From contig NC_042997.1 of NCBI RefSeq assembly GCF_006345805.1, forward strand, positions 85,064,001 through 85,128,000: a DNA stretch of 64,000 nt. Direction: 5' to 3'. Under the pieces are notes generated by a model, which was not told the DNA's origin, made no database searches, and was given only the letters and a program-made list of their open reading frames with translations. The translations under genes were made by a program, and so were the position numbers. This document shows, piece by piece, positions 12,896-26,399 of the stretch. The DNA is from Octopus sinensis (lineage: Eukaryota). The first letter of the stretch is position 1; the number at the start of each line of letters is the position of its first letter.

Positions 12896-13159
12896 ATCAC
12901 TCATGACGCTTTCAAAGTGAACTGATTCTAATAAGCATCCTGCGTTGGTATTCCGTTGAAGATACTAGTGTTAATGTTTATATCCGATGGAATGCTGGTT
13001 TTATAATCAGCTCTGCAGGTATTAGAGAGTGGAAGCGTGGTTCTAAAAGCGTTTATTCAGATTTCAATCAATTGTAGCAGTTTTGTTTACATGTTGCTGT
13101 AAGGTGTACCTTATTTATTCAGAGGTATTTTACTAATTTTGGGTCTGTACCCTCAATTA

Positions 13160-13237
<78 letters not shown>

Positions 13238-13269
13238 GGAAAATGTGTGAAATCCTTGGTACAGTTTGG

Positions 13270-13511
13270 TATATTTGAAAAAGGAAAAGAATGACTTCAC
13301 TGGTAGTTGTAATCAATTTAATTTTCTAATAATGTATTATAATTTTACAGTTTGGCTTGTAGGTTTAGTAAGTTCTTTGTTAACTTCTCCACCGAAGTTA
13401 ACGAAGAACTTACAAGATCTACGAGTCAAACTGTAAAATTATAATACAGTATTAGAAGATTGAATTGATTAGGACTACCAGTAAAGTCATTCTTTTCCTT
13501 TTTCAAATATA
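13270..13511. repeat. 242-bp foldback palindrome (118-bp arms, 6-nt loop TCCACC)
   Basis: Hand alignment of 13270-13387 against the reverse complement of 13394-13511: 106/118 Watson-Crick, no indels, TA at both ends. Confidence 0.95.
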
Positions 13512-13649
13512 TATATACACGTATACATATATATATAAATATGCACGTATGCATACATACATGTATGCATACATACATGTATGTGCATATATATGATAAT
13601 AAATAATATATATATGCACAAACATGTATATATATGTATATATATATAT

Positions 13650-14110
13650 CAGTTGTCGGCTGTCTATCTGCTCCTCATTTCGAGCATTCAATGACAATAT
13701 GAGTCTTCAAGGACAGTTGCTCCCATAAATTCTAAAATAAAATTTAGGACTTATGGAGGGTCAACGTTGAGAACAAAAACAGGACAGCGGAGACATACAT
13801 GGAAACCGACTGAAGACAAACATGGAGGGTCGTTAGACCAGAACGAGAGGAAAATAGTTAAGCTAAGAGAAATATTTTCTTTGAAAAGAGAAAAGATAGA
13901 AAGGAGAGAAAAACATCCAATCCTTTGAAAATCCATGCAGGAAAAGAAAGATGGTCATGTAAGGAAGAGAAAGATGGACGATGGTCACGTTTGAGAGAAG
14001 AAGACAGATAGAAACCGGTGAAAGAGGGAAGGGTGAAAAGGGAATTAGAGAAGGATGGAAGAAAATAGTACACCAAAAAGGTGAAGATAAGCTTATGGGT
14101 ACAGGACGTC
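13650..14110. repeat. Unclassified dispersed repeat G (other copies 51600-52170, 52230-52460 inverted, 58330-58560)
   Basis: Shared tcagttgtc.gctgtctat...tttcgagca.tcaatgacaatatgagtcttc...gacagttgctcccataaat...ttatggagggtcaa...gaaatattttctttgaaaagagaaaagatag. Confidence 0.8.
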
Positions 14111-14164
14111 ACTAACTGTGCAAACAACATGAAATAGGTAAACAAACGAGTTAGATATATATAT

Positions 14165-14230
<66 letters not shown>

Positions 14231-14392
14231 AAATAACACTTGATGTTTTTTTTTATTGCTGAATAGAGTTATAACCTCATGTGAAAAAACTCCGTTTTCG
14301 TCAGGTGAATTAAATAATTAAAATTTTTTTTAATCCTTTCAACGAATCCGATTATGTGCCATTTCATTATCTGCTGGTGAACTTCGCCCAGG

Positions 14393-14439
<47 letters not shown>

Positions 14440-14498
14440 CATATGTATATACACAGAAAGAAAACAAAAAGATTACGATGAATATTTAAGGGTAAATA

Positions 14499-15402
14499 TT
14501 GGGTCATCCCATAAATAATGAGGGTTTTTTCAACTGCATGAACTAAAAGTCGGACGGAGACGGGATAAACTACCTACATCAACTTGCTATAAAAGGAAGT
14601 AGTAATTTTACCTTGTCCTTATGCTTAGTACAAGTTTTGAAGAGTGCATTTATTTTTCCAAAGCAATAATGAAAGTGACAAAGAAGCATATTCGGTATAT
14701 TTTGCTTTATGAGTTCAATAAAGACAACAACGCAACGGAAAGTGCGACGAATATCAATGCAGTATATGGGGGTAGGACAATAAGCATAAACCGGTGTCAA
14801 CGGTAGTTCCAGAAATTCCGAGCCAGAAACTACAGCCTAGAAGACGAGCCTCGTCCTAGAAGATCTGTAGAGCTCGACGAGGACGTCCTGCAAACCCTAG
14901 AACAAAGTGCCCTCGTAACTGTTGAGGAACAAGCAGAGAAGCTTGGATATGGTCATTTAACCATACATCGACACCTGCATGTCATCGGAAAAGACAACAA
15001 ATTGGGTCAATGAGATCCTCACAAAATTTTCCGAGTCTAATCGCACGTGTTCTTCTTTGCTGTCACGTCTCACAAATGAATGTTGCTTTGAACTGAATAG
15101 CGACTGGTAGCGAGAAATGGGTTCTCTGTAAAAATGTCAAGCACCGAAGGCAGTGGGTAGGGAAAGGAGAAACACCGGCACCCCAGGCTAAAGAAGATAT
15201 TCACCCACGTAAGGTGTTATTATCTGTTTGATGGGATATGAAAGGTTTTGTCCAATTTGAACTTTTAAACCCATCTTTGGTTTCAAGACGAAAGGTGTAG
15301 AAAATGAAGGAGAGTATATTTTAGATTAAAAAGAACTTTGTTTATCTTAATTTAGAAAAATAAATGACGTATAAAAACCGCATTAGTTATGGGATGACCC
15401 AC
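14499..15402 (+). mobile_element. Internally deleted mariner transposon with both TIRs and transposase remnants
   Basis: TIRs ttgggtcatcccataaataatgaggg / ccgcattagttatgggatgacccac flanked by TA. From 14669: MKVTKKHIRYILLYEFNKDNNATESATNINAVYG...FQKFRARNYSLEDEPRPRRS (HTH), later TGSEKWV (TGDEKW-like) and HPRKVLLSV*WDMKG. The C-terminal catalytic half is absent. Confidence 0.92.
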
Positions 15403-16371
15403 TATATAGATAATTATGTATTAATAGATCAAACTTACACATAGTACAGACGACAGGGGAGAAAGGTGTTATAAGTCCAATAGCTGTTGTTGGTAGATGT
15501 AGTTCACCAAAATTTGCAGCCAGTAATGGAAGTAAATTAACATTGGATAAATCGAGTGTTCGTCATCAGGGTAGAAACAAAACCTTGCATTTCAGATCAT
15601 GATGTAGAGAAGTTTAAAGATGGAATGACTCCACCTTTCAATCATTGAACTGTGGCCATACTGAAGCACCTCTGTTTTGGGATACTCGAACAAATCTATC
15701 TTAGTACTATCTTATTTAAAGTTCAGTACTTATTCTATTGGCCTAGTTAAGAGATTGGAGTTCTGAAGGGAGAGATTTATTGAATAGAAGTTTTCATTTT
15801 AGTACCGCATTTACTCAACATAGTTTAGTTAAAAACGACATTACTTAGCTATAAAATACGAAAACTAAATACGAGACCTTATGTTTAAGTATATTTCACT
15901 TTTTAAACTTCTAGTCTGCTTACTGACAGTTTGCATTTTCAATATTGTACTATATACAATCATTACGTATGTGTGACTTTTGGCAAGACAACAATTATTG
16001 TGTACAACAGCCAAACTGATGCCAAGCATATTGGTTATGTTCTGGGGCAAAATATGTAAATCCACTTGCTCTCCAGCCAAGCTGGTGCCAGTTGTAACTA
16101 TTGTATCTAAGGGCAAAACACTTCAATCGGCTTGAAAATTTATCCTATCTTTTTCCAGACTTATTGTTTGTATAATAGACTAAAACACTTTACACAAATT
16201 TCCGCACTGTATACAAATACAACTTAATGAGATATAATATTGGGTGGGATTATTTCCTACTAAACTTTGCTATGCTGAGAAAAATTTCTGCGATTTAAAA
16301 TGATAAATGAAATCCGTCCATATTTGGGTCACTGAGATCAAGATCATTGGTAGAGGAAACCTATGAGCCGG

Positions 16372-16431
<60 letters not shown>

Positions 16432-16713
16432 GTGTCTGTGTGTCTTTGGATGCGTGTGTCTTTGTATGTATGTGTGTCTGTGTGTGTATTTGTGAGTGCG
16501 TGTCGGTATGTATATACTTACATGTACATATACAGTAAATTTCTCTTCTTTCTTTTTATTATTAATTCTTTAATTTTTTTCGTGCTCTTTCCGTTCTTCT
16601 CTTTCTCTTTCTTTCTTTCACTATTTCTCTCGCTTTCTTTCTCTCTTTCTATCTCCCCACACTCTCTCTCTCACATTCTTTCTCTCTCTTTCTCTCTCTC
16701 TCTCCCTCCCTCT

Positions 16714-16756
<43 letters not shown>

Positions 16757-17296
16757 GCATATATACATATACATATCTATTTATTTATCTATGTATATGT
16801 ATATGTGTATGTGTAAATATATGTTTGTTTGTTTATATGTGAATGTGTCTGTGTGCACGCATGCATGCGTGTAAACCTTAAATTCTACGGTTTATAGACT
16901 TATTAGGTTGGAACTTAGCCCGTTTTCCGAAGTGCCAAGGCCATGAGAAGATACGGAACCCAACCGAACGACAAACCAGTCGTGCATCGAGTTAAACGTC
17001 CGGCCGCCGCCGCCGCCACTGCTGCTGCTGCTATGCGTTTTCAGCTCAGCGGAGTACAGTAACGTGAAATGTAGGCTAATATCCTTATGTGTGTATTTGT
17101 CTATCCGTATTATTCTTTTATTGTTTCACTTTTTCAGTCATTTGTCGCTGACCAAGCTGGAGCACAGCATCATCGGTTGTCAGGTGATGATGGAGGGACA
17201 AAAACAGACACAACGTCACACACACATAAATATATATAGAGATATGTATGTATATTATATATGCGTGTGTGTGTGTATGTATGTATGTATATATAT

Positions 17297-17425
17297 ATAT
17301 ATATACAAGAGGCTTCTTTCAGTTTCCGTCCAACAAATCCACTCACTTGGTTGACCCGAGGCTATAGTAGAATACACTTACCTAAGGTACCATGCAGAGG
17401 AACTAAACCCGGAATAGTCTATATA
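17297..17425 (-). mobile_element. SINE family B fragment
   Basis: gcttctttcagtttccgtccaacaaatccactcac...cctaaggtaccatgcagaggaactaaacccgg. Confidence 0.8.
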
Positions 17426-17549
17426 TGGGAAATGCGAGTGAAGCAAGAAAATCGGAGTAGGACGGACTGCATACTCGTTTTCTAATATACAACCTCTCTA
17501 TACCAACTGATTTTCTGCAGTGTATTTGGCAATATTTGTACGAGAAAAG

Positions 17550-18062
17550 GCTGGTAGAAACGTTAGCACGCCGGCGAAATGCGTAGCCGTATTTTGTCTG
17601 CCGTTACGTTCTGAGCTCAAATTCCGCCGAAGTCGACTTTGCCTTTCATCCTTTCGGGGTCGATAAATTAAGTACCAGTTAATCCGTTTGCCTGTCCTTG
17701 TTTGTCCTCTCTGTGTTTGGCCCCTTGTGGGTACTAAAGAAATAGGTATTTCGTCTGCCGCTACGTTCTGAGTTCAAATTCCGCTGAGGTCGACTTTGCT
17801 TTTCATCCTTTCGGGGTCGATTATATAAGTACTAGTTACGCACAGGGGTCGATATAATCGACTTAATCCGCTTGTCTGTCCTTATTTATTCTCTCTGTGT
17901 TTAGCTCCTTGTGGGTAGTAAAGAAATAGGTATTTCGTCAGCAGTGAAGGTGAGGAATAAGAGGCTAAGTCGACCTCGGCGGAATTTAAACTCAGACGTA
18001 AAGACAGACTAAATCCCGCGAAGCATTTGCCTGGCGTGATAACGGTTCTACCAGCTCGTCGC
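17550..18062. mobile_element. SINE family A tandem (body + tail-1, twice, plus strand 17550-17940) followed by an inverted family A head (17962-18062)
   Basis: Two ~190-bp units each ending ccttgtgggta.taaagaaataggtatttcgtc, then gtcgacctcggcggaatttaaactcagacg on the minus strand. Confidence 0.9.
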
Positions 18063-18065
18063 ATC

Positions 18066-18646
<581 letters not shown>

Positions 18647-18649
18647 AAG

Positions 18650-21275
18650 GACGTAGCTGGACGGTATGGACTTGCTTCTCTAGGTGCCGAGCCGCAAGCC
18701 CACTGATTTTTCCTGGTTAATTGTCGACGGAACCGCTTTGTAGTTCATGAAAGCGGTGCCAATCATTTCTATGTGTTTATGATCCGACGCGGGATGCTTC
18801 ACAACGTCTGCAGTTTGTGCAGTGGTGGCCCGAGAGTCAGTACGTACAAGAGAGACAGGAGGGGGCAGCCTTGCCGGACCGAGCACATGATGTTGAACGG
18901 CTCTGGAAGGTGACCGTTCACACTGACCGCTGAACAGATGTTGCAGTGCATTGCAGCGATCCAGCCCCTGAATACAGGCCCGAAACCAGTTGCACTGAGG
19001 ACCGCCGCCAAGTATAGATGGTCCACCCTATCGAAGGCTTTAGACTGTTCTAAATTGATCAGGGCGCACCCGTGCCAGGTTCTTTAACAACTTTCTCAAT
19101 GATGTATCGCATGAGGTGGAGGTTTTTGTGGATGGATCTTTTCTGGATAGCACATGTTTGTGCCTCCCCTACTAAATCTCCGATGACAAGCGCCAAACTC
19201 GTAGCTAACATCTCGTTTTGAACTCTGCATTCAGCAGAGTTAAGGGCCTAAAGTTGTCAATAAAATTCCCTTTGTTCGGGTCTTTTTTCAACAACGCCAC
19301 CGCTCCTCCGCTCACAAAACTGGGAATTCTCTCATTCTGTTGCCAGTTGCAGTAAAGGTTTGCTAAGAGGCCGCCGAACAAGTTTGGCATGTAAGCATAA
19401 AGCTAGTTGTGCAGACCATCCAAACCAAGTGATTTACGCCTCGTGCGGCTAGCCATTGCTTCCCGTATTTCAAAGGCTGTTATCGGTCTTTCGCAGCGTT
19501 CCGCCTCCGTTGCCGCGAGCTGCAACAGCCCGACGAGGTAGTACGTGAAATCCATCCTGCGACCCGGCTCCTGAACAGCTGAGCGAAGCACCGCTAAAAT
19601 GCCGTACACATCTGTCTCGGATAAGTTATCATTTGCCTCTGTCGTCCGTCTAGAATAGGATCGGGGATTTACTGCTACGCTGTGCCTCTGTCACTCAGGC
19701 CCATTGAATACATTTCGTCCCTTCGTGTCTAAGTGCTCGTGCCTTAGCTCTGACAATGCAACCTTCGTGTTTCGCATTGAAGAATTGGTCGAGTGCCAAT
19801 CTCGCTGCGAGCACGTTGGTCGCGATACCTCTTTTTAAAAGTCTCGTCTAGCTTCTTGACTAACTCTGTTTCAACTCTGTTTCTTTCTACTGCTCGTCCT
19901 TTACTAAACCTTATCGATTCTATTCTAATCGCCCTTTTCAGGGCGAGCCTCATTATTGTTTCATTGCCCCAGTCAACGCCTTCTTAACTGGTGCACTAAT
20001 CCAGTCTCTGAAATCTTTACGCGCCGGCAACGACTTGTTCAGCTTCCAGTAACCGGGTCCTTGTCTATGAAACCTATCTAAGTCGATGGTGTACAGATCA
20101 CGAATTTGTGATCTGTGTAGTCAACTACTTTAAACTGTAGACAACCTATGCTCTCCTTACCTGCTACTCTACGGAATACCCTATCTAGATACGATATGAA
20201 TGACCCGATGCGGTTTGACAAGGTCCACACTGGCAAATCTGGGAAATCCAGTTGATATCTGTCAGACAGTTGGAATCGTCTGAGCAGATTTGAGGCTTTT
20301 ACACCCTCCCCTCCTATCTGCCAAACCTACACAGTTCCACTTTACATTTAAATCTCCATTCCAATAACCCACTAACAGTAAAGAGCGGGACTTTCCCAGG
20401 AAAGTTTCCAGACGTCTGAAGAAATCTGGTCGCCGGGCCGCTGTCGGAGTATAGGTAGCAACTAGCCTGAAAGTATGTCCTTCGCTGTATATCACATCTA
20501 GGACTACCAACTTACCTTCAGGATCCAGGAAGTTCGTCAGTATTGCAAGATCCAGATTTTTCCGAACCATGAAGGCGACTCCACCTCCCGCTCCTGGATG
20601 ACTTGGAAATGTGTACACCTCATAGTCACCGAAAATAGGCCGGAAATCCCGTGAATCAGAAATTCTGGTTTCACTAATGGCCACCACGTCAACATTCAGT
20701 TCCCTGGGGTCGTTGAGCAGGTGACCCCGCTTCCAAGGCGACCCCAGACCACACACATTCTGTATACGACCATGTTGTCGAAAAAGAAAAGAAAAGGAAA
20801 ACTTACTTAGTTTTGTTTGGAAGGGCGGATTACCCGTCCCTCCTGTTTGTTTGGAGTGTTTCCAGCAATAAATCGAACATACTCCTTTAGATTCGAGATG
20901 GAACCTAAAGCTTTTTGTATTTGAGCCTCCTATGGATCTTTCTGCCCTCCTTGATTTTAAACCGATTGTACGGTACGTCATTCTGCGACATATCGTATCC
21001 TGGATTGTCTCAGGTGGGGTATTTAACTTAACAACTATTCCGTCTCTCTCGACTAGCTGTCTAGCTTAAGTTCCCCTTCAGAAATCTTCTGAAGAGATGA
21101 CTTGGTTGCTCCAGCGAAAGAAAGTTTAGAAGATCTAATTCAAGCTATTGCACCGGTTTGTTTCAGCTCCTTCATTGCTTTTGTTATTATTGCTGTTGCT
21201 TTTGTTGTTGTTGTTGTTGTCGTCGTCGTCGCCATCTTTGTTATTGTTGTTGTGGTTGTTGATGGTGGTGCTGAT

Positions 21276-21317
<42 letters not shown>

Positions 21318-21830
21318 ACTTGTACTCAATTGGTCCGTTGCTTCGCTGACGAAAGGGCTGTCATTGTTTACATTTTCGAAATCGCTGTTTTTGTTTCGAG
21401 CAATGTTGTCAAAATCGGAGCCTTTGCTTTTCCGAAGATCTTCTAAGAGACCCTTCTTGAAAAACTTGGCTCTGTTGGCCTTTTTGTCCTTTTTTCTTTT
21501 CGAGAAAAATTCTGCTATCGTCTGTTCTTTTTCCAGCCCCAAGTCGCTTCGCACTCACACACACCCTCATTCACGTTTGGAGATACTCCTCATTCTCTTC
21601 CCCTCTCTCACATATGAGCGTCACCATGTTTCGCGTTTTCCCCATGTTGGAGAAAACGCAAACAATTGTGATTGAAAAACAAAACTGGGAGTCAAAACAG
21701 GAAAATACTCTCACCACTCGACAACAAATAATTTGTCCACAATGGTATAAACTTGAAGGGTGCAAAAACACTATTACGTGTTTTTTCCCTTATAAAATTC
21801 ACAGAGCGAGGTCAAGCGTAACTTGCCAGA
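18650..21830 (-). mobile_element. L1/Tx1-clade non-LTR retrotransposon, decayed and 3'-truncated (ORF1 tail, APE endonuclease, RT)
   Basis: APE: QNVCGL...VDVVAISETR...GGGVAF..R...DPEGKLVVLDV...FRLVATY..VGYWNGDL (20262-20760). Later: ITAFEIREAMAS....KSLGLDGL, ALLKKDPNK..IDNFRPLTLLNAEFK, SVRQGCPL..LLYVL, TADV (YADD equivalent), INQEKSVGLRLGT. Multiple stops and frameshifts. Confidence 0.88.
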
Positions 21831-21840
21831 TTGACGGCCA

Positions 21841-21864
21841 TACTGCTACTACTACTACTACTAT

Positions 21865-21956
<92 letters not shown>

Positions 21957-21963
21957 CTGCTGC

Positions 21964-22045
<82 letters not shown>
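21841..22045. repeat. Compound (CTA)n(CTG)n(TAA)n microsatellite
   Basis: Directly visible. Confidence 0.95.
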
Positions 22046-22046
<1 letters not shown>

Positions 22047-23700
22047 GATGTAGTACTAGACAATGGCTCTCATGGCCTCTGATCTTAACTGATTGAAAGT
22101 GTTATCATGTACATTGTTTTGTTTCGGTATAAAAGATGGGCTACACCAAATATTCTGCTCAATACCACAGATTTGCTTGTCAGTTGTTTGACCTTAACCA
22201 GTTGACCATGTCCCTTAGTGGCTGACGATATGTGCATCTCTGATCACGAGCAGAAGTAGGTGGGGAGCATCATAGTAGTGTGTTGAAAGGAATTCTCAGG
22301 GGTCTGGATAATTCACCTCTGGAAACATGTGTGTTTCGTTAGTCATCCTTAAACAATCCTTATTCAGGGACCTTTTGAGCGGGATGGGCTACTCGACCTG
22401 AAGAAAATTCTAACCGGGCCCCACCTGCAAGGTCATGTGCTGTTTATCTTGATATGAGATCACCATGTTGCGCACATATGGTTGTGATGCATGTGCCTGG
22501 TGTACCTTTATCAGACGGGTAGTCATGATGGGTATACTGGGATTCGTATTATTCCCCAGTGTCACTTTGATGGCATGCACTGCTCTCTCACTCAATAATA
22601 AATGCACTGATGCAGTACCAGGCAGTGGCTCTCATGGCTTCTGATCTTAACTGATTGGAAGTGTTATCATGTACATTGTTTTGTCTTGGTATAAAAGATG
22701 GGCTACAGCAAATATTCTGCTCAATAACACAGATTTGTAGTGGCTGACGATATGTGCATCTCTCATCACGAGGAGAAGTTTGGTGTTTGGTGTTTGGATA
22801 ATTCACCTTTGAAAACATGGGTGTTTTGTTCATCATCCTTAAACAACCTTTTTTCAGGGACCTATTGAGTGGGATGGGCAACTTGACCTGAAGAAAATTC
22901 TAACTGGACCCCACCTGCAAAGTACCCCAATGTCACTTTCATGGCATGCAATGCTCTCTCACTCAGTAGTATTAATAACAACATGCGCTGTTTATCTTGA
23001 TATGTGATCACCATGTCACGCACATATGGTTGTGATGCATGTGCCTGGCGCACCCTTATCAGACAGGTAGTCATGATGGGTATACTAGGCTTCGTATATT
23101 TTACCTCAGTGTCACTTTGATGACATGCACTGCTCTCTCACTCAATAATAGGAATAATAATGCTTCTGATCCTAATTGATTGGAAGTGTTATCATGTACA
23201 TGTTTTGTATTGGTGTAAAAGATGAGCTATAACAAATATTCTGCTCAATATCACAGATTTGCTTATCAGTGGTTTGACCTTAACCAGCTGAGCATGTCCC
23301 TTAGTGGCTGACGATATGTGCATCTCTGATCATGAGTAGAAGTAGTTGGGGACTATCGTAGCCATGTAATTCATTGAGGTTTGAACAATTCACTTCTGGG
23401 AACATGGGTGTTTTATTTATCATCCTTAAACAACCCTTTGAGGGACCTTTTGATGGGATGGGCTACTTGACCTGCAGAAAGTTCTAACAGAGCCCCCACC
23501 TGCAAGGTCATGCGCTGTTTTATCTTGATATGAGATCACCATGATGGGCACGTATGGGTGTAATGCATGGGTCTGATGCACTCTTATCAGGGGATTAGTC
23601 ATGATGGGTATACTGCGCTTCGTATATTTTACCCCAGTGTCACCTTGATGGCATGCAATGCTCTCTCACTCAGTAGTAACAACAACAATAACAACAACAA
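22046..23700. repeat. Head-to-tail array of about 3 family C units
   Basis: Unit starts at ~22046, 22601 and 23161 (ct.ctgatc.taa.tgattg.aagtgttatcatgtaca); unit ends gctctctcactca(ataat/gtagt) at ~22600, 22970, 23150 and 23675. Confidence 0.9.
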
Positions 23701-23959
23701 AAACAACAATACAAACTACGAATAAGTGAGAAAATACATATTATATAAAGAGTAAATATTTACTAGATGCATATTGTTTGCTTTGTATTTTTCTCCCCGA
23801 TGTCTTGAACAGCGATTGTAGCGCACGGTTGGTCTGTACAGGAGTAGGGTGAGAGTCTTTCATTCCCTGTATGTCTGTATATATATATATCACTTATTTT
23901 TGGTTATCTTCAGTTTTATTGTTTACTCTATTAAATTTTTTTCGCTGTGGTCTTGTTAT

Positions 23960-24824
23960 TTATCTTAGATAAGGTGTTTTATGTGCATACACACACATAC
24001 ACACACACACATATATATATACATGTACACATACACGCACACATACACGCACACGCACACACAGACACACACACACTCACACATATATATATATATGTAT
24101 GTACATGTATGTACGCACATAAATGAATACATATGTATATTTGAAAATTGTATGTATATGTGTATATATATACATATATATATATATATATTTACATACA
24201 CATATTGGGTTTCCATTGGTTTCGGTTTCCCTTATTACATAACACTTTCCCTGTAGCTGATATTTTATGCATTTATCCTCTACATATTCATATCTATATT
24301 TTGTTTACAAACAGATGTGTCTGAATTTCTGCAGATGAATATGTCATGTCCATTATACATTTGCAACCGCGAGGCACACAGATATAAGTATATATATGTA
24401 TGTTTGTGTGTGTGTATATTATGTATATGTATATATATATGTATGTCTATATATATATATATACATATTATACATATATATATGTATGTATATATACATA
24501 TATACATATATGCATGTATATATACATATTTATACACACTCATACATACATTCATACATATATGCATACGAACGTTCTTACATACATATATGTATATACA
24601 ATACATATGTATATATAGTTATATATGCAGGCATATATGCACAGTTATTTGTGTGTGCCTTTCTGTAAGTGACTTTATGTGTATGTGTATGTGAATGTGT
24701 ACGTGTATGCGTATGAGTTTATAGGTATGTATTCATGTACATATATCTGTACGTGTTTCTGCAAGTGCGTTTGTGTGCATGGTTTTACCATGCGGGTATA
24801 TGTTTGTGTGTGCGTGTTAGTGTT

Positions 24825-24873
<49 letters not shown>

Positions 24874-24910
24874 TGTGTGTGTGGTGTGTGTGTGTGTGTG
24901 TGTACTATAT
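23960..24910. repeat. Degenerate (TA/CA/TG)n microsatellite field
   Basis: Directly visible; source of many spurious ORFs. Confidence 0.9.
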
Positions 24911-25275
24911 CTACGTACACAGGAGTGTATTCATGCTGGTATCTGTGTTGTGATAAATAATCACGTGTCGAAATGTATTCCAATAACGTATTGAAATGGT
25001 TTCCTAAATTGCCATTTCAGTCGTTTGACAGCGATAAATAAAATAAAAATATAATCTGGGTAGGGACATGGAATACATAGAATAAAGGGGGAAATATTAT
25101 GGAATAATGTGGAAGATATATGTATAAATAAACTAAACAATCTATTGTGTATGAGTTAATGTTTGTAGGGTATGAGGATGTTGTATGTATGTGTACGGTT
25201 GTGTATTCTATGATTGTCGTATTAATAATAGTAATAATAATAATAATAATAATAATGATAATAATAATAATAATA

Positions 25276-25322
<47 letters not shown>

Positions 25323-25402
25323 TGATGATGATAATCCTTTTGTAAAGTTATCGTATATGTACAAATGTGGGATTGTAGAAAACAAAGACAAACAAGAAGC
25401 AC

Positions 25403-25434
<32 letters not shown>

Positions 25435-25596
25435 GCAGGCGTGGCTGTGTAGTAAGACGTTTGCTTCCCAGCCATATGGTTCTGGGTTCAGTCCTACTGT
25501 GTGACATCTTGGGCAAATGTCTTCTACTAGGTCCTCGGGCCGACCAAAGCTCTGTGAGTGGATTTGGTAGATGGAAACTGAAAGAAACCTGTCGTG

Positions 25597-25639
<43 letters not shown>

Positions 25640-25901
25640 ATCTTTGTGTCTGTGTTTGTCCCCGCCACTATTGCTTGACAACCGATGTTGATGTGTTTAT
25701 GTCCCCGTAAGTTATCGGTTCGGCAAACGGGACCTATAGAATAAGTACTAGACTTACAAAGAGAAAATCCGGGAGTCGATTTCTTCCACTAAAACCCTTT
25801 AAGACGGTGCTCCAGCATGACTGAAACATATAAAAGAATAAAGGAATAAAAGAATATATATAATCATTCACAGACACACAAAAATTCACACACACACAGA
25901 A

Positions 25902-25944
<43 letters not shown>

Positions 25945-26145
25945 CATATACATACATATATATATATATATATATGCACATATACGACGGGCTTCTTTCT
26001 GTTTTCGTCTACCAAATCCACTCACAAGGCTTTGGTCAGCCCGACACTATAGTAGAAGACACTTGCCCAAGGTACCACGCAGTGGGACTGAACCCAGAAC
26101 CATGTTGTTGGTAAGAAAGCTACTTACCACGCAGCCACTCCTGCA
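25435..26145. mobile_element. Two SINE family B copies in inverted orientation (plus 25435-25845, minus 25985-26145)
   Basis: gcaggcgtggctgtgtagtaag...gggccgaccaaagc... and the complementary ccactcacaaggctttggtcagccc...cttaccacgcagccactcctgc. Confidence 0.88.
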
Positions 26146-26399
26146 GCTGTTTATAAATGAGTGTGCAGGTGTGGAGCAACGCCTTAAGGACACCCAGATT
26201 TCAGCAGTAGGCCTCAGAATCAACCATTTAAGAACGAAATATGTGCACAAAACCTAACAGTGGTGGGAAATGAGGAAACGGAGGTCAAGTAGTACGTCTA
26301 CTCGTGACAGACATTGAATATAAGACTCAATATAAAATCTAAGATCTCGGGTGGAGGTCGAGCAGCATTTGTTCGAGATTAGAATGTGCCCAAAGCACA

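Noticed and set aside
15865-16116. Possible minus-strand exon (ttag|atacaatag...catac|gtaatg) with one open frame
   Set aside because: Weak splice signals, no recognisable protein and no neighbouring exons; cannot support it.
17550-17950. Tandem SINE units or the family C array as a CRISPR-like array
   Set aside because: Units are 190-560 bp, there are no unique spacers, and the context is eukaryotic.
22215-22420. CTGACGA and CTGAAGA in family C as retrozyme hammerheads
   Set aside because: Neither is followed by a closable stem II plus GAAA on either strand.
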